A stretch of DNA of 64,000 bases from an uncultured Agathobaculum sp. (GCA_944384725.1 CALWUJ010000004.1:33189-97188), one strand, 5' to 3'; counted from the first letter of the stretch, positions 1 through 9,604 are shown. A program made the numbers and translations. Notes: generated by a model not told the origin, from the letters alone.

Positions 1-17
1 GTTTTTTTGGGTGAAAT

Positions 18-707
18 ATGGAAAGTATGGTTTTAACGCCGCGACTGGCTTGTATCGCATCGCTTGTTCCGCAGGGCGCAAGGCTTGCGGATATCGGCAC
101 GGATCACGGTAAGCTACCGATATCCTTATTGATATCGGGAAGAATTGTTGCTGCGATTGGGTCGGATATCGGAGAAGGCCCGCTGGCGCATGCCGCTCGC
201 AATGCGGCGGATTATGGTGTTTCCTTATCGCTGCGGTTGGCAGCAGGTCTGGATGCTGTGCAACCGGAGGAATGCGATACGGTCAGTATTGCCGGTATGG
301 GCGGGCAGACTATCGCAGAAATATTGGCGGCAGCACCGTGGTGTGAACAGGGTCAGCATTTGCTGCTATTGCAGCCGATGACAATGGTATATGAACTGCG
401 GCAATGGTTGTGGGCGCATGGCTATGCCATTGAGCGTGAGACGCTCTGCCGGGAGGATCGACGGCAATATGTGGTGCTGTCTGTACGTGGCGGTGCGGAG
501 AAAAAGAATCTGCCGTTGTGGCAGTGTGTATTTTCGCCGGTCTTGCTGCAAGCAGATGGAGCAAAAGACTATTTGCAGGCATTGTTAATCCGCGAAGAGC
601 GTGCGTTGGAAGGCATGCAGCAGGCAAATGAAATCGATCATGCACGGCTGGACATGCAGCGCCGCCTGGTGATGGAAATCAAACAGGCATGGGAGGGATT
701 GCAATGA
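18..707 (+). CDS. trmK: tRNA (adenine22-N1)-methyltransferase
   Basis: ADIGTDHG SAM-binding motif, IAGMGG and LQPM motifs of TrmK; directly upstream of Nif3-like gene as usual in Firmicutes. Confidence 0.88.
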   Translation: MESMVLTPRLACIASLVPQGARLADIGTDHGKLPISLLISGRIVAAIGSDIGEGPLAHAARNAADYGVSLSLRLAAGLDAVQPEECDTVSIAGMGGQTIAEILAAAPWCEQGQHLLLLQPMTMVYELRQWLWAHGYAIERETLCREDRRQYVVLSVRGGAEKKNLPLWQCVFSPVLLQADGAKDYLQALLIREERALEGMQQANEIDHARLDMQRRLVMEIKQAWEGLQ

Positions 708-1480
708 GTACAGTACAGGATATTTTGACGTTTTTGGAGGGCTTCGCGCCGCCGGAACTGGCGGAGCATTGGGATAACGTAGGACTGCTGTGCGGTGACC
801 GTAAGCAGGCTGTGACGGCTGCACTGTGTGCGCTGGATATCACTGAACAGGTGGTGGACGAGGCAGTGGCGCGCGGCGCACAGCTGATCGTGGCGCACCA
901 TCCAGCCATCTTTACTTCAGTGAGCCGTGTTACGACGGATGACGTGACTGGGCGTGTGCTGCGGGCGGCCATCAAGCATGATATTGCGCTCATCTGCATG
1001 CATACCAATGCGGATAGCGCATGGGGCGGTGTGAATGATGCTTTGGCCGCTGCATTGTTTCTTACGAATGTGGTCAACATGGAAGCAGGAGATAATCGGA
1101 TGCTCGGCCGCGTAGGAGATCTGCCGCGTGAAATGCAGCCGCGGGAATTTGCTGCATATGTGAAGGAGTGCCTGCGTGCGGGCGGTGTGCGCTTCTGCGA
1201 CGGCGGGCATGCGATTCACCGCGTTGCAGTTGGCGGCGGTGCTTGCGGTAAGATGATGGATGATGCACTGGAAAAGGGTGCGGATGCGTTTGTGATCGGA
1301 GATTGCAGCTATGACTTGATGCAGCGTGCGCAGTCACTGGGGCTGACGTTGGTCGATGCGGGGCATTTTCCGACGGAGAACCCAATCGCAGCTGTCTTTG
1401 CCGAGCAGATTGTCGGCGCGTTCCCGAAAGTGCGGACTATGGTATCCGAACGCCATGCCGACTGCATCCAATTTGTTTAA
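704..1480 (+). CDS. Nif3-like dinuclear metal centre protein (YqfO/YbgI family)
   Basis: WDNVGL, AHHP, MHTNAD, DAGHFPTE motifs; start placed at ATG 704 (ATGA overlap with trmK stop, GGAGG upstream). Confidence 0.9.
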   Translation: MSTVQDILTFLEGFAPPELAEHWDNVGLLCGDRKQAVTAALCALDITEQVVDEAVARGAQLIVAHHPAIFTSVSRVTTDDVTGRVLRAAIKHDIALICMHTNADSAWGGVNDALAAALFLTNVVNMEAGDNRMLGRVGDLPREMQPREFAAYVKECLRAGGVRFCDGGHAIHRVAVGGGACGKMMDDALEKGADAFVIGDCSYDLMQRAQSLGLTLVDAGHFPTENPIAAVFAEQIVGAFPKVRTMVSERHADCIQFV

Positions 1481-1492
1481 GGAAGGTTTTAT

Positions 1493-3268
1493 ATGCCATT
1501 AGATGCCATTTGCCTTGGGGCAGTGACGCATGAATTGAATGAGACGCTGGCGGGTTGTCGTGTGGAAAAGGTTTATCAGCCGGACCGCGATGAGATCGTG
1601 CTGCAAACGCGCGGGCAAGGCGGCGCAAAGCGGCTGCTGGTTTCGATTGCTGCGGGTGCGGCGCGCGTGCATTTCATTGATGCAGCGCGCGAGAATCCGG
1701 CTGCCCCACCGATGTTCTGCATGCTGCTGCGCAAACATGTGCAGGGCGCGAAGATTGCGGCGATTGTGCAGCCGTCGGTCGAGCGCATGCTGACGATTGA
1801 ACTGGACACAACCGATGAAATGGGTGTACCTTGTAAAAAACATCTGATCTGCGAGCTGATGGGCAAGCATTCCAATGTCATTTTATGCGGCGAGGATAAT
1901 CGCATCATTGATGCTATGCGCCGTGTGGACGGCGATTTGTCAGGCAAGCGGCAGGTGCTGCCCGGCTTGTTTTATCGTATGCCACCTGCGCAGGATAAGC
2001 ATGACCCGTTTGCACTGTCCGGTGCAGGGGTGGCTGCCGCAGTCGCGCAAGCGGATGGGGAACAGACACTGGATCGTTTCCTGCTCAGTCAGCTTTTGGG
2101 CTTTTCGCCGCTGTTGTGCCGGGAGCTCTGCTATCGCGCGACCGGTGATGCGGCTGCGCGGATTGGGACACTGTCCGATGCACAACGGGAACACTTGGGT
2201 CAGGTGTATGATGATTTCATGACCTATGTGCAGGAAAAACGCTGGAAGCCGTTTTTGCTCACCAAAGCTGAAAACGACGCGGTATTTGATTTTACCTTTT
2301 TGCCGGTGACGCAATATGAAGGGTTAATGACCGTTTCACAGGCAGATAGCTTTTCTGCGCTGCTCGCGGCGTTCTATGAGAAAAAAGGAAAAATCGAACG
2401 CATGGCGCGCCGTTCCGCTGATCTGCACAAAACAGTCACCAATGCGCGCGATCGTCTGGCGCGTAAGTTGGCGGCACAGCAGAAAGAATTGGATGCGACG
2501 CAGAACCGGGAACAGTATAAGCGCATGGGCGACTTGATTACCGCAAACCTTTATCAGCTGGAAAAGGGCATGAATAAGGCAACTGTAGTGGATTACTATG
2601 CTGAGGATTGTCCGGAGGTCGAAATCACGCTCGATGTACGCCTCACACCGCAGCAAAATGCGCAGCGGTATTTCAAGCTGTACAATAAAGCAAAAACAGC
2701 CGAGACTGTCCTTACGCAGCAGATGGAACAGGGAAGGGCGGATCTGGACTATCTGGAAAGCGTGTTGGTTGCACTGGAGGAAGCGGAAAGTGAGCGCGAT
2801 TTGTCCCAGCTGCGTGAGGAACTGATGCAGACGGGCATTCTCTCTAACAAGCAGACGCGCAACAAGAAACTGCGTACAAAGCCGGTGCAGGCAAAGCCGT
2901 TTCATTATCGTACCAGCGATGGATTTGATGTATTTGCCGGAAAGAATAACTTGCAAAATGATTTGCTCACGCTTAAGACAGCGTTCAAAAGCGATATTTG
3001 GTTCCACACGCAGAAGATTCATGGTTCGCATGTGATTCTGGTCGCAGATGGCCGTGAGCCGACCGATCAGGCTATGACCGAAGCTGCGATGATCGCGGCA
3101 TACCATTCCAAGGCGCGGCAGTCCTCGCGGGTGCCGGTGGATTATACACCGGTGCGGCAGGTGAAAAAGCCAGCGGGTGCAAAGCCGGGCATGGTCATCT
3201 ATCATGTTTACCAGACTGCCTATGTGACACCGGATGAGGCAATGATTGAAAAGCTCCGTGTGGAATGA
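1493..3268 (+). CDS. rqcH: NFACT family protein RqcH/FbpA (ribosome quality control)
   Basis: PPMFCMLLRK, ELMGKHSN, coiled coil, C-terminal NFACT-R (GKNNLQND, WFH, GSHV, KKP..AKPG.V.Y). Confidence 0.9.
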   Translation: MPLDAICLGAVTHELNETLAGCRVEKVYQPDRDEIVLQTRGQGGAKRLLVSIAAGAARVHFIDAARENPAAPPMFCMLLRKHVQGAKIAAIVQPSVERMLTIELDTTDEMGVPCKKHLICELMGKHSNVILCGEDNRIIDAMRRVDGDLSGKRQVLPGLFYRMPPAQDKHDPFALSGAGVAAAVAQADGEQTLDRFLLSQLLGFSPLLCRELCYRATGDAAARIGTLSDAQREHLGQVYDDFMTYVQEKRWKPFLLTKAENDAVFDFTFLPVTQYEGLMTVSQADSFSALLAAFYEKKGKIERMARRSADLHKTVTNARDRLARKLAAQQKELDATQNREQYKRMGDLITANLYQLEKGMNKATVVDYYAEDCPEVEITLDVRLTPQQNAQRYFKLYNKAKTAETVLTQQMEQGRADLDYLESVLVALEEAESERDLSQLREELMQTGILSNKQTRNKKLRTKPVQAKPFHYRTSDGFDVFAGKNNLQNDLLTLKTAFKSDIWFHTQKIHGSHVILVADGREPTDQAMTEAAMIAAYHSKARQSSRVPVDYTPVRQVKKPAGAKPGMVIYHVYQTAYVTPDEAMIEKLRVE

Positions 3269-3308
3269 TCTCGGTGAAAAAATAAAACACGTTGCTTGAA
3301 GTATAGGG

Positions 3309-3340
3309 GGGGTGCTTGTGGGAAGCGCCCCTTTGCTTTT
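3309..3340 (+). terminator. Rho-independent terminator after rqcH
   Basis: GGGGTGCTT/AAGCGCCCC stem followed by TTTGCTTTT. Confidence 0.6.
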
Positions 3341-3382
3341 GCAAAAACACAATTGTATGCGGTGCATTCTTTTGCGTTTATA

Positions 3383-3411
3383 TTTACTTTGTCAGATTAA
3401 CATGATAGAAT
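3383..3411 (+). promoter_or_regulatory. sigmaA-type promoter of SLH protein 1
   Basis: TTTACT-N17-TAGAAT with TG extended -10. Confidence 0.55.
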
Positions 3412-3458
3412 AAAGGAAATCACAGTGTATGGCACTGTAAATAAAAGGAGGTCACTCT

Positions 3459-4853
3459 ATGAAAAGTAAATTCAGGATCGCTTTGGTTGCGGCGGTTGCG
3501 GCTGCCGGCCTTATGGCGACAGCGGGCGCGGCCAATTTTGACCATTGTGCGGATCAGCTGAAAGATTTGGGTCTGTTCCAAGGAACAGAGCAGGGCTATG
3601 AGCTGGATCGTGCGCCGACCCGCGCGGAAGCAGCAACGATGCTGGTTCGCCTGCTGGGCAAGGAGGACGAAGCGAAGAAGCTCGAATATACCGCTCCGTT
3701 TACCGATCTGGCTGGCTGGGAGAAGCCGTATGTGCAGTATCTGTATGATAACGGTCTGACGACGGGTGCAACTGCGACCACGTTTGAGCCGGAAGAGGGA
3801 TGCTCTGCGCAGATGTATACGACGTTCCTGCTGCGTGCTTTGGGCTACAGCGATAAGGCTGACGGCGACTTCACCTATGCAGAGGCGGTAACCTTTGGTG
3901 AGTCGGTCGGTTTGGTGGATTACGCCAACTGCGATCAGGACAACTTCCTGCGCGATCATGTTGCAGCGATGAGCCTGACGGCTTTGAACACATCGGTAAA
4001 GAGCGACAAGGACATGGTTCTGCTGGAAAAGCTGGTAGAGGATGGCGCGGTTGCTTCTGATAAGGCAAGCGGTATGCTTGCGTTCTTCGATCGTTATGCA
4101 TCTTACATGGATGCCTCTTCCAAGATGAACGGTGCAACGAAAGCGGATATGACGGCGAATATCGCTGCTGACGTGTATATGGGCGATACCAAGATCATGG
4201 ATCTGTCCATGCCGCTTAACATGAAGATGGATGTTGATATGGAGCACATGGATCAGACCAAGATGGTAATGACCGGCACGTTGAAGCTCAACATCGATGA
4301 GTCGCTGGTCGAGCAGGGTGCACAGACCTCCGTCAATCAGGATATTGCGTACTATTATACGGATGGCGTGTACTATGTGAACATGGGCGATCAGAAGTAC
4401 AAAATGGAGATGTCCATTGAAGACCTGATGGCGCAGATGGGCGATCTGACCTCCATGCAGTCTTCTGAGCCGCTTTGCCTGATCGAGTCTATTGATCAGT
4501 CGGGTAACAATCTGACGGTAACCTATTCTTCCTCTGGCATGAACGGTCTGGTGAATTCTGTGCTGGCCAATATGGGCATGGATCTCAGCAGCCTGGATGT
4601 GCAGATGAAGTTTGAAGACATCACTTCCAAGGTGACTATTTCCAATGGCGAAATCAAGAACATGGATATGAGCATGAAGATGTCGATCTCTGCGGAAGGC
4701 CAGACCATGACCTTGAATATGTCGATGGACTGCGCAGTGAACGGCTTGGGTGACAGTGTGAAGATCACGCTGCCGAGCGATTTGGATACATATGTTGATC
4801 TGATTGGCGGCACAACTGCACTGATCGGTGCCGTGACTGAATCTGCGGCCTAA
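3459..4853 (+). CDS. Secreted SLH-domain protein with Met-rich, LolA/DUF6612-like C-terminal beta domain
   Basis: AAGGAGG RBS, signal peptide (AGA/A), SLH-type GLFQGT..PTRAEA and FTD..W..PYV repeats; C-terminal alternating Met pattern ending VKITLP. Confidence 0.75.
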   Translation: MKSKFRIALVAAVAAAGLMATAGAANFDHCADQLKDLGLFQGTEQGYELDRAPTRAEAATMLVRLLGKEDEAKKLEYTAPFTDLAGWEKPYVQYLYDNGLTTGATATTFEPEEGCSAQMYTTFLLRALGYSDKADGDFTYAEAVTFGESVGLVDYANCDQDNFLRDHVAAMSLTALNTSVKSDKDMVLLEKLVEDGAVASDKASGMLAFFDRYASYMDASSKMNGATKADMTANIAADVYMGDTKIMDLSMPLNMKMDVDMEHMDQTKMVMTGTLKLNIDESLVEQGAQTSVNQDIAYYYTDGVYYVNMGDQKYKMEMSIEDLMAQMGDLTSMQSSEPLCLIESIDQSGNNLTVTYSSSGMNGLVNSVLANMGMDLSSLDVQMKFEDITSKVTISNGEIKNMDMSMKMSISAEGQTMTLNMSMDCAVNGLGDSVKITLPSDLDTYVDLIGGTTALIGAVTESAA

Positions 4854-4867
4854 GTTGTGTGGCTTTG

Positions 4868-4904
4868 AAAAAACCGGAACGGAAAATCCGTTCCGGTTTT
4901 TTTT
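4868..4904. terminator. Bidirectional terminator between SLH protein 1 and ldh
   Basis: AAAAAACCGGAACGG-aaaat-CCGTTCCGGTTTTTT between convergent genes. Confidence 0.85.
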
Positions 4905-5853
4905 AGTGCAGTTGCTCGATCAATGCTTTCATTTTTTGCGCGGAGCTTTGCAATCGGTTGAGTTCTTCAGCAGAAAGTGGGATATCCAGCACAGCCTCCA
5001 CACCGTTTTTTCCCACAATAGAGGGCAAGCCAAGACAGATGCCATCAACACCATAGTGGCCTTGGATCAGGGAGGAAACAGGAAGAACGGAATGCTCATC
5101 GCGGACAATGGCCTCCGCAATGCGGCGTACTGCCATACCGATGCCGTAATAGGTCGCTCCTTTGCTTTCGATGATGGAATAGGCAGCATCACGCACGTTC
5201 TCGTAAATCTGGTGCAGCAGGGCAGATGGTTCCGTGATGCCGGTGATACGGCAATAATCATCCAGATCAACACCGGAAATGTTTGCGCTGGACCAGACGG
5301 CAAGTTCGCTGTCTCCATGTTCGCCGATGATAAAGGCGTGCACATTGCGGCTGTCTACGCCCAGCTTTTGGCCAACAAGGTATTTGAGGCGCGCGGTGTC
5401 TAACACTGTGCCGGAACCGATCACATGACCCGCAGGCAAACCGGAAAGCTGTTGCGCCATGCAGGTGAGCACATCGACCGGGTTGGAAACGATGAGCAAA
5501 ACTGCGTTTTGATTGACTGCGGTCAATTGTTCCATGATGGAGGATAGGATCACACGGTTGCGGTGCAGCAGTTCTACTCGGGTCTCTCCGGGCTTTTGGT
5601 TTGCACCTGCTGCGATAATGATTAAGCCGCATTCGGCAAGGTCGGCATATTCACCGGCGCGCACAAAGCAAGGTTTGGCAAAGGAAACGCCGTGGTTGAT
5701 ATCGGCAGCTTCCCCCTCTGCTTTTTTGTGGTTCATATCTACCAGAACAACTTCCGAGAACAGCCCGGAAACCGCTAAAGTATAAGCGCAGGTCGCGCCG
5801 ACAAATCCAACGCCGATCACGCCGCATTTTCGCATATTGGTCATTACGGACAC
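4903..5853 (-). CDS. ldh: L-lactate dehydrogenase (start may be ATG 5844)
   Basis: GVGFVG Rossmann motif, AGANQKPGETR (Gln specificity residue of LDH), NPVD, DTAR, GEHGDS. Confidence 0.93.
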   Translation of the reverse strand: MSVMTNMRKCGVIGVGFVGATCAYTLAVSGLFSEVVLVDMNHKKAEGEAADINHGVSFAKPCFVRAGEYADLAECGLIIIAAGANQKPGETRVELLHRNRVILSSIMEQLTAVNQNAVLLIVSNPVDVLTCMAQQLSGLPAGHVIGSGTVLDTARLKYLVGQKLGVDSRNVHAFIIGEHGDSELAVWSSANISGVDLDDYCRITGITEPSALLHQIYENVRDAAYSIIESKGATYYGIGMAVRRIAEAIVRDEHSVLPVSSLIQGHYGVDGICLGLPSIVGKNGVEAVLDIPLSAEELNRLQSSAQKMKALIEQLH

Positions 5854-5950
5854 ATCCTTTCGTTTTTGATAGTATGTCCGTTTCCTGTTGGAAAAAACAC
5901 GAATGTATGATAAGATATATCATACCGAACGAATTAAGGAGCGTATAAAA

Positions 5951-7120
5951 ATGAAACAGTGGTTTCGTACTGTGTTGGCTGGTGCTTTGCTGGCCGGTTC
6001 GTTGGCAGTTTCGGCAGCTGCCGCGGATTATACAGTGTGTGCCGATCATTTGAAGGATCTTGGTTTATTTCAAGGAACTGCGCAGGGATATGAGTTGGAT
6101 CGCGCACCGACACGCGGTGAGGCAGCGGCCATGTTGGTGCGCTTGCTGGGAGAGGAGCAGAATGCATTAACGCTCGAGTATTCCGCACCGTTTGAGGATT
6201 TACAGGGATGGGAAAAGCCTTATGTGCAGTACTTATATGATATGGGTGCGACCACGGGTGTATCTGAAACCACATTTGCGCCGGAAGAGCCTTGCACTGC
6301 ACAAATGTATGCGGCATTTGTTCTGCGCGCACTTGGATATACCGAGGCGGACGGAGATTTTGCTTATACCAGTGTGAATGATTTTGCGCAGCGGATCGGT
6401 TTGTATGACGCAGCAGTGATTGACACGGAGAACTTTTTGCGTGACGATGTCGTGGCTGCAAGCTACACCGCGTTGTCGCTTATGCCAAAGGGCAGTGAAC
6501 AGACGTTGTTGGATCAGCTGGTGGAAAATGATGCGGTAGATGCCCAAACAGCAGAGCCTTATCAGGCGTTGTTTGATCTCTATGGGCAGTATCGCACGGC
6601 AACGGCAGATATGGCGGCATTTGAGCAGTTTTCTGTGCGTGGCGGATTGGAGGCCGTGCTGTCAGAAGAAGGAGCAAAGAGGCTGACCGTGCGTACAGAG
6701 GACTATACTATGGTCAATCGCGTGGATGGTACAGCGATTTCTGAGGGAACGCTTACATTAGAAGCGCCGGGTGTAGATGCATATACGCAGCCTTATTCCA
6801 TGGATGCAGCAGATGAAACGGGTTCTGTGCGTGCTGCGCTGCTGTATGGATATGACACGGTTCCGCTGGCTTGTGTGGATACAATGAAGCGGTCGGGGAG
6901 TGATTGGACTTTTTCGTTTGTGGATTTGCCTGCACGATATGAGGGTTGCTTCTGGGCGTTGTCCAAGTCTGGTGTCGAATTAGAGCATGCGGAAGATGCC
7001 GTACTGGTGCAGACTGTGCAGAATGGGCGCATCTCTTTTCAGAAATTGCGCTTGAAGCTGATGCAAGGTGATGCAGAATGCCAAGTGGTATTGACTGGAG
7101 AACTGAAAGAGGCTCATTAA
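5951..7120 (+). CDS. Secreted SLH-domain protein, paralog of 3459..4853
   Basis: AAGGAG RBS before ATG 5951, signal peptide, same SLH-type N-terminal region; TTGGAA-N17-TAAGAT candidate promoter at 5888-5916. Confidence 0.75.
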   Translation: MKQWFRTVLAGALLAGSLAVSAAAADYTVCADHLKDLGLFQGTAQGYELDRAPTRGEAAAMLVRLLGEEQNALTLEYSAPFEDLQGWEKPYVQYLYDMGATTGVSETTFAPEEPCTAQMYAAFVLRALGYTEADGDFAYTSVNDFAQRIGLYDAAVIDTENFLRDDVVAASYTALSLMPKGSEQTLLDQLVENDAVDAQTAEPYQALFDLYGQYRTATADMAAFEQFSVRGGLEAVLSEEGAKRLTVRTEDYTMVNRVDGTAISEGTLTLEAPGVDAYTQPYSMDAADETGSVRAALLYGYDTVPLACVDTMKRSGSDWTFSFVDLPARYEGCFWALSKSGVELEHAEDAVLVQTVQNGRISFQKLRLKLMQGDAECQVVLTGELKEAH

Positions 7121-7137
7121 GATTATCTGTAAAAAAT

Positions 7138-7228
7138 AGTCGCTGGACGGCAAGGAAGTTTTCCTTGCCGTCCAGCGGCTTTCTGTTTTTGAATGAGAAA
7201 ACGCCCTGCCAATTGGCGGGGCGTTTCT
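7138..7228. terminator. Two back-to-back terminator hairpins between SLH protein 2 and nfnB
   Basis: GCTGGACGGCAAGGAA/TTCCTTGCCGTCCAGC + T tract; AAACGCCCTGCC/GGCGGGGCGTTT. Confidence 0.75.
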
Positions 7229-7236
7229 GTCTGAGA

Positions 7237-8628
7237 TTACTGCTTGTTCTTGATGTATTCATCCATCGCGGCAGCGGCGCGCTTGCCCGCGCCCATGGCG
7301 AGGATAACAGTGGCAGCGCCGGTAACGGCATCGCCGCCTGCGAACACGCCATCCTTGGATGTGATGCCGTGCTCATCGTCTGCAATAATGCAGCCCTTGC
7401 GGTTGGTGTCCAGACCCGGCGTGGTGTGACGGATCAGCGGGTTCGGGCTGGTGCCGATTGCTGCAATCACGCAGTCCAGATCAAGCGTGAATTCCGAACC
7501 TTCTACCGGCACCGGACGGCGGCGGCCGGAGGCATCCGGCTCGCCCAGCTCCATCTGCTGGCACTTCATGCCGGTTACATTGTAGTTTTCGTCGCTGAGC
7601 ACCTCAAGCGGCGCGGTCAGGAACTTGAACACAATGCCCTCTTCCTTGGCATGGTGGATTTCTTCTAGACGGGCGGGCAATTCCTTTTCAGAACGGCGAT
7701 AAACGATGTAAACCTCTTCCGCACCCATGCGCTTCGCACAGCGCGCTGCGTCCATCGCGACGTTGCCGCCGCCAACAACTGCAACCTTATGTGCGTGGAA
7801 AATCGGGGTATCCGAGCCATCCTTGTATGCCTTCATCAGGTTGATGCGGGTCAGGTACTCGTTGGCGGAATACACGCCGTTGGCGTTTTCGCCCGGTACG
7901 CCCAGGAAGGACGGCAGTCCAGCGCCAGAGCCGACGAAAATCGCTTCGTAGCCGTCCTCGAACAGTTCGTCGATGGTCTCAGAACGACCGACAACGAAGT
8001 TCAGCACAAACTCAACACCGAGGTCCTTCAGCGTGTCGATTTCTTTTTGCACGATCTCCTTGGGCAGACGGAACTCCGGAATACCGTACATCAGTACGCC
8101 GCCTGCGGTGTGCAGGGCTTCAAATACGGTGACCTCATAGCCCATGCGCGCCAAATCGCCCGCACAGGTCAGGCCGGCAGGGCCGGCACCTACGATTGCG
8201 CACTTATGTCCGTTGGAAGCAGGCTTTACCGGCTTCTCTTCGCCATGTTCACGTGCGTAGTCTGCCACAAAGCGCTCCAGACGGCCGATCGCGACCGGTT
8301 CACCCTTGATGCCGCGCACGCACTTCTGCTCGCACTGGGTCTCCTGCGGGCAAACACGACCGCAGACTGCCGGCAGGGAAGAGGTTTCTTTGATCTTAGC
8401 AGCCGCTTCGAGGAATTTACCCTCTGCTACGAGTGCAATAAACTCCGGGATCTTGACCTGCACCGGGCAGCCGGTGATGCAGGGCTTATGCTTACAGTTC
8501 AGGCAGCGCTGTGCTTCTTCGATCGCCATTTCCGGCGTGTAGCCCAGCGTTACTTCATCAAAATTCTTGTTGCGCACGTCCGGGGCCTGCTCGGGCATGG
8601 GCATTTTGTTCGGGTTCATATTCGCCAT
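7237..8628 (-). CDS. nfnB: NfnB/SudA-type flavoprotein (GltD-like large subunit of electron-bifurcating transhydrogenase)
   Basis: RCLNC..PC..GCP and CGRVCP..QC..KC Fe-S motifs, GAGPAG and GGGNVAMD nucleotide-binding motifs; paired with NfnA, no gltB in the window. Confidence 0.8.
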   Translation of the reverse strand: MANMNPNKMPMPEQAPDVRNKNFDEVTLGYTPEMAIEEAQRCLNCKHKPCITGCPVQVKIPEFIALVAEGKFLEAAAKIKETSSLPAVCGRVCPQETQCEQKCVRGIKGEPVAIGRLERFVADYAREHGEEKPVKPASNGHKCAIVGAGPAGLTCAGDLARMGYEVTVFEALHTAGGVLMYGIPEFRLPKEIVQKEIDTLKDLGVEFVLNFVVGRSETIDELFEDGYEAIFVGSGAGLPSFLGVPGENANGVYSANEYLTRINLMKAYKDGSDTPIFHAHKVAVVGGGNVAMDAARCAKRMGAEEVYIVYRRSEKELPARLEEIHHAKEEGIVFKFLTAPLEVLSDENYNVTGMKCQQMELGEPDASGRRRPVPVEGSEFTLDLDCVIAAIGTSPNPLIRHTTPGLDTNRKGCIIADDEHGITSKDGVFAGGDAVTGAATVILAMGAGKRAAAAMDEYIKNKQ

Positions 8629-8630
8629 TG

Positions 8631-9482
8631 TTACTTGACCTCCATCTTGTACAGGTTGCAGTGATCCTCACGGCGCTCTACTGCCTGCTTTTCCTGTGCT
8701 TTGTACATCGCACCGCGGCGCATTGCACTGTCAAAATCAACAAGATGGCCGTCGAAGTCCGGGCCGTCGACACAGGCGAACTTGGTTTCGCCACCGACCG
8801 TCAGGCGGCAGCCGCCGCACATGCCGGTACCGTCGACCATGATGGTGTTCATCGAGACGATGGTCTTGATGCCATAGGGACGGGTCACCTCGGAAACAAA
8901 CTTCATCATAATCATCGGGCCGATCGCAATGACTGCGTCGTACTGGTTGCCCGCGTCGATCAGCTCCTTGAGCTTGTCGGTGACAAAGCCCTTATTGCCG
9001 TTGGAACCGTCATCGGTCATGATATACAGGTTGGTGGAAGCGGCCTTCATCTCGTCCTCGAGGATGATGATATCCTTGTTGCGGAAGCCAGCAATCAAAT
9101 CGACCTCGCAGCCCATTTCATGCAGCTTCTTGGCCTGCGGATAGGCGATTGCGCAGCCCAGACCGCCGCCGACAACGGCGACTTTCTTCAGGCCTTCCAG
9201 CTCGCTTGCCTTGCCCAACGGGCCGACAAAATCATGCAGGCAATCGCCTTCGTTCAGGGCGCCAAGCGCCATGGTGGTTGCGCCGACCTCCTGGAAGATG
9301 ATCGTGACTGCACCTGTTTCACGGTTATAGTCCGCAATGGTAAGCGGAATACGCTCGCCATCCTCGCTGACGCGCAAGATGATGAACTGGCCGGGTTCAG
9401 CCTTGCGCGCTACATGCGGCGCGTCAATTACCATCAGCTTGGTATTCGCGTTCAGCGTTTGCTTTTTCAAAATCTGATACAC
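8631..9482 (-). CDS. nfnA: NfnA/SudB-type FAD/[2Fe-2S] subunit
   Basis: PGQF, ERIPLTI, GPLG, MVDGTGMCGGCR..CVDGPDF motifs; GTG start at 9482 after AAGGAGG. Confidence 0.85.
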   Translation of the reverse strand: MYQILKKQTLNANTKLMVIDAPHVARKAEPGQFIILRVSEDGERIPLTIADYNRETGAVTIIFQEVGATTMALGALNEGDCLHDFVGPLGKASELEGLKKVAVVGGGLGCAIAYPQAKKLHEMGCEVDLIAGFRNKDIIILEDEMKAASTNLYIMTDDGSNGNKGFVTDKLKELIDAGNQYDAVIAIGPMIMMKFVSEVTRPYGIKTIVSMNTIMVDGTGMCGGCRLTVGGETKFACVDGPDFDGHLVDFDSAMRRGAMYKAQEKQAVERREDHCNLYKMEVK

Positions 9483-9524
9483 TAAATTTCGTACCTCCTT
9501 GCGTTTATCGCATCGAACACATCT

Positions 9525-9553
9525 ATTATACTGTTTATATAGGCTGAACGCAA
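9525..9553 (-). promoter_or_regulatory. sigmaA promoter of nfnAB
   Basis: TTGCGT-N17-TATAAT on minus strand. Confidence 0.6.
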
Positions 9554-9604
9554 GGAGAAATCCAAATGGAAAGACAGATGTTTTCGCTGGAAAGACAACG
9601 CAAT

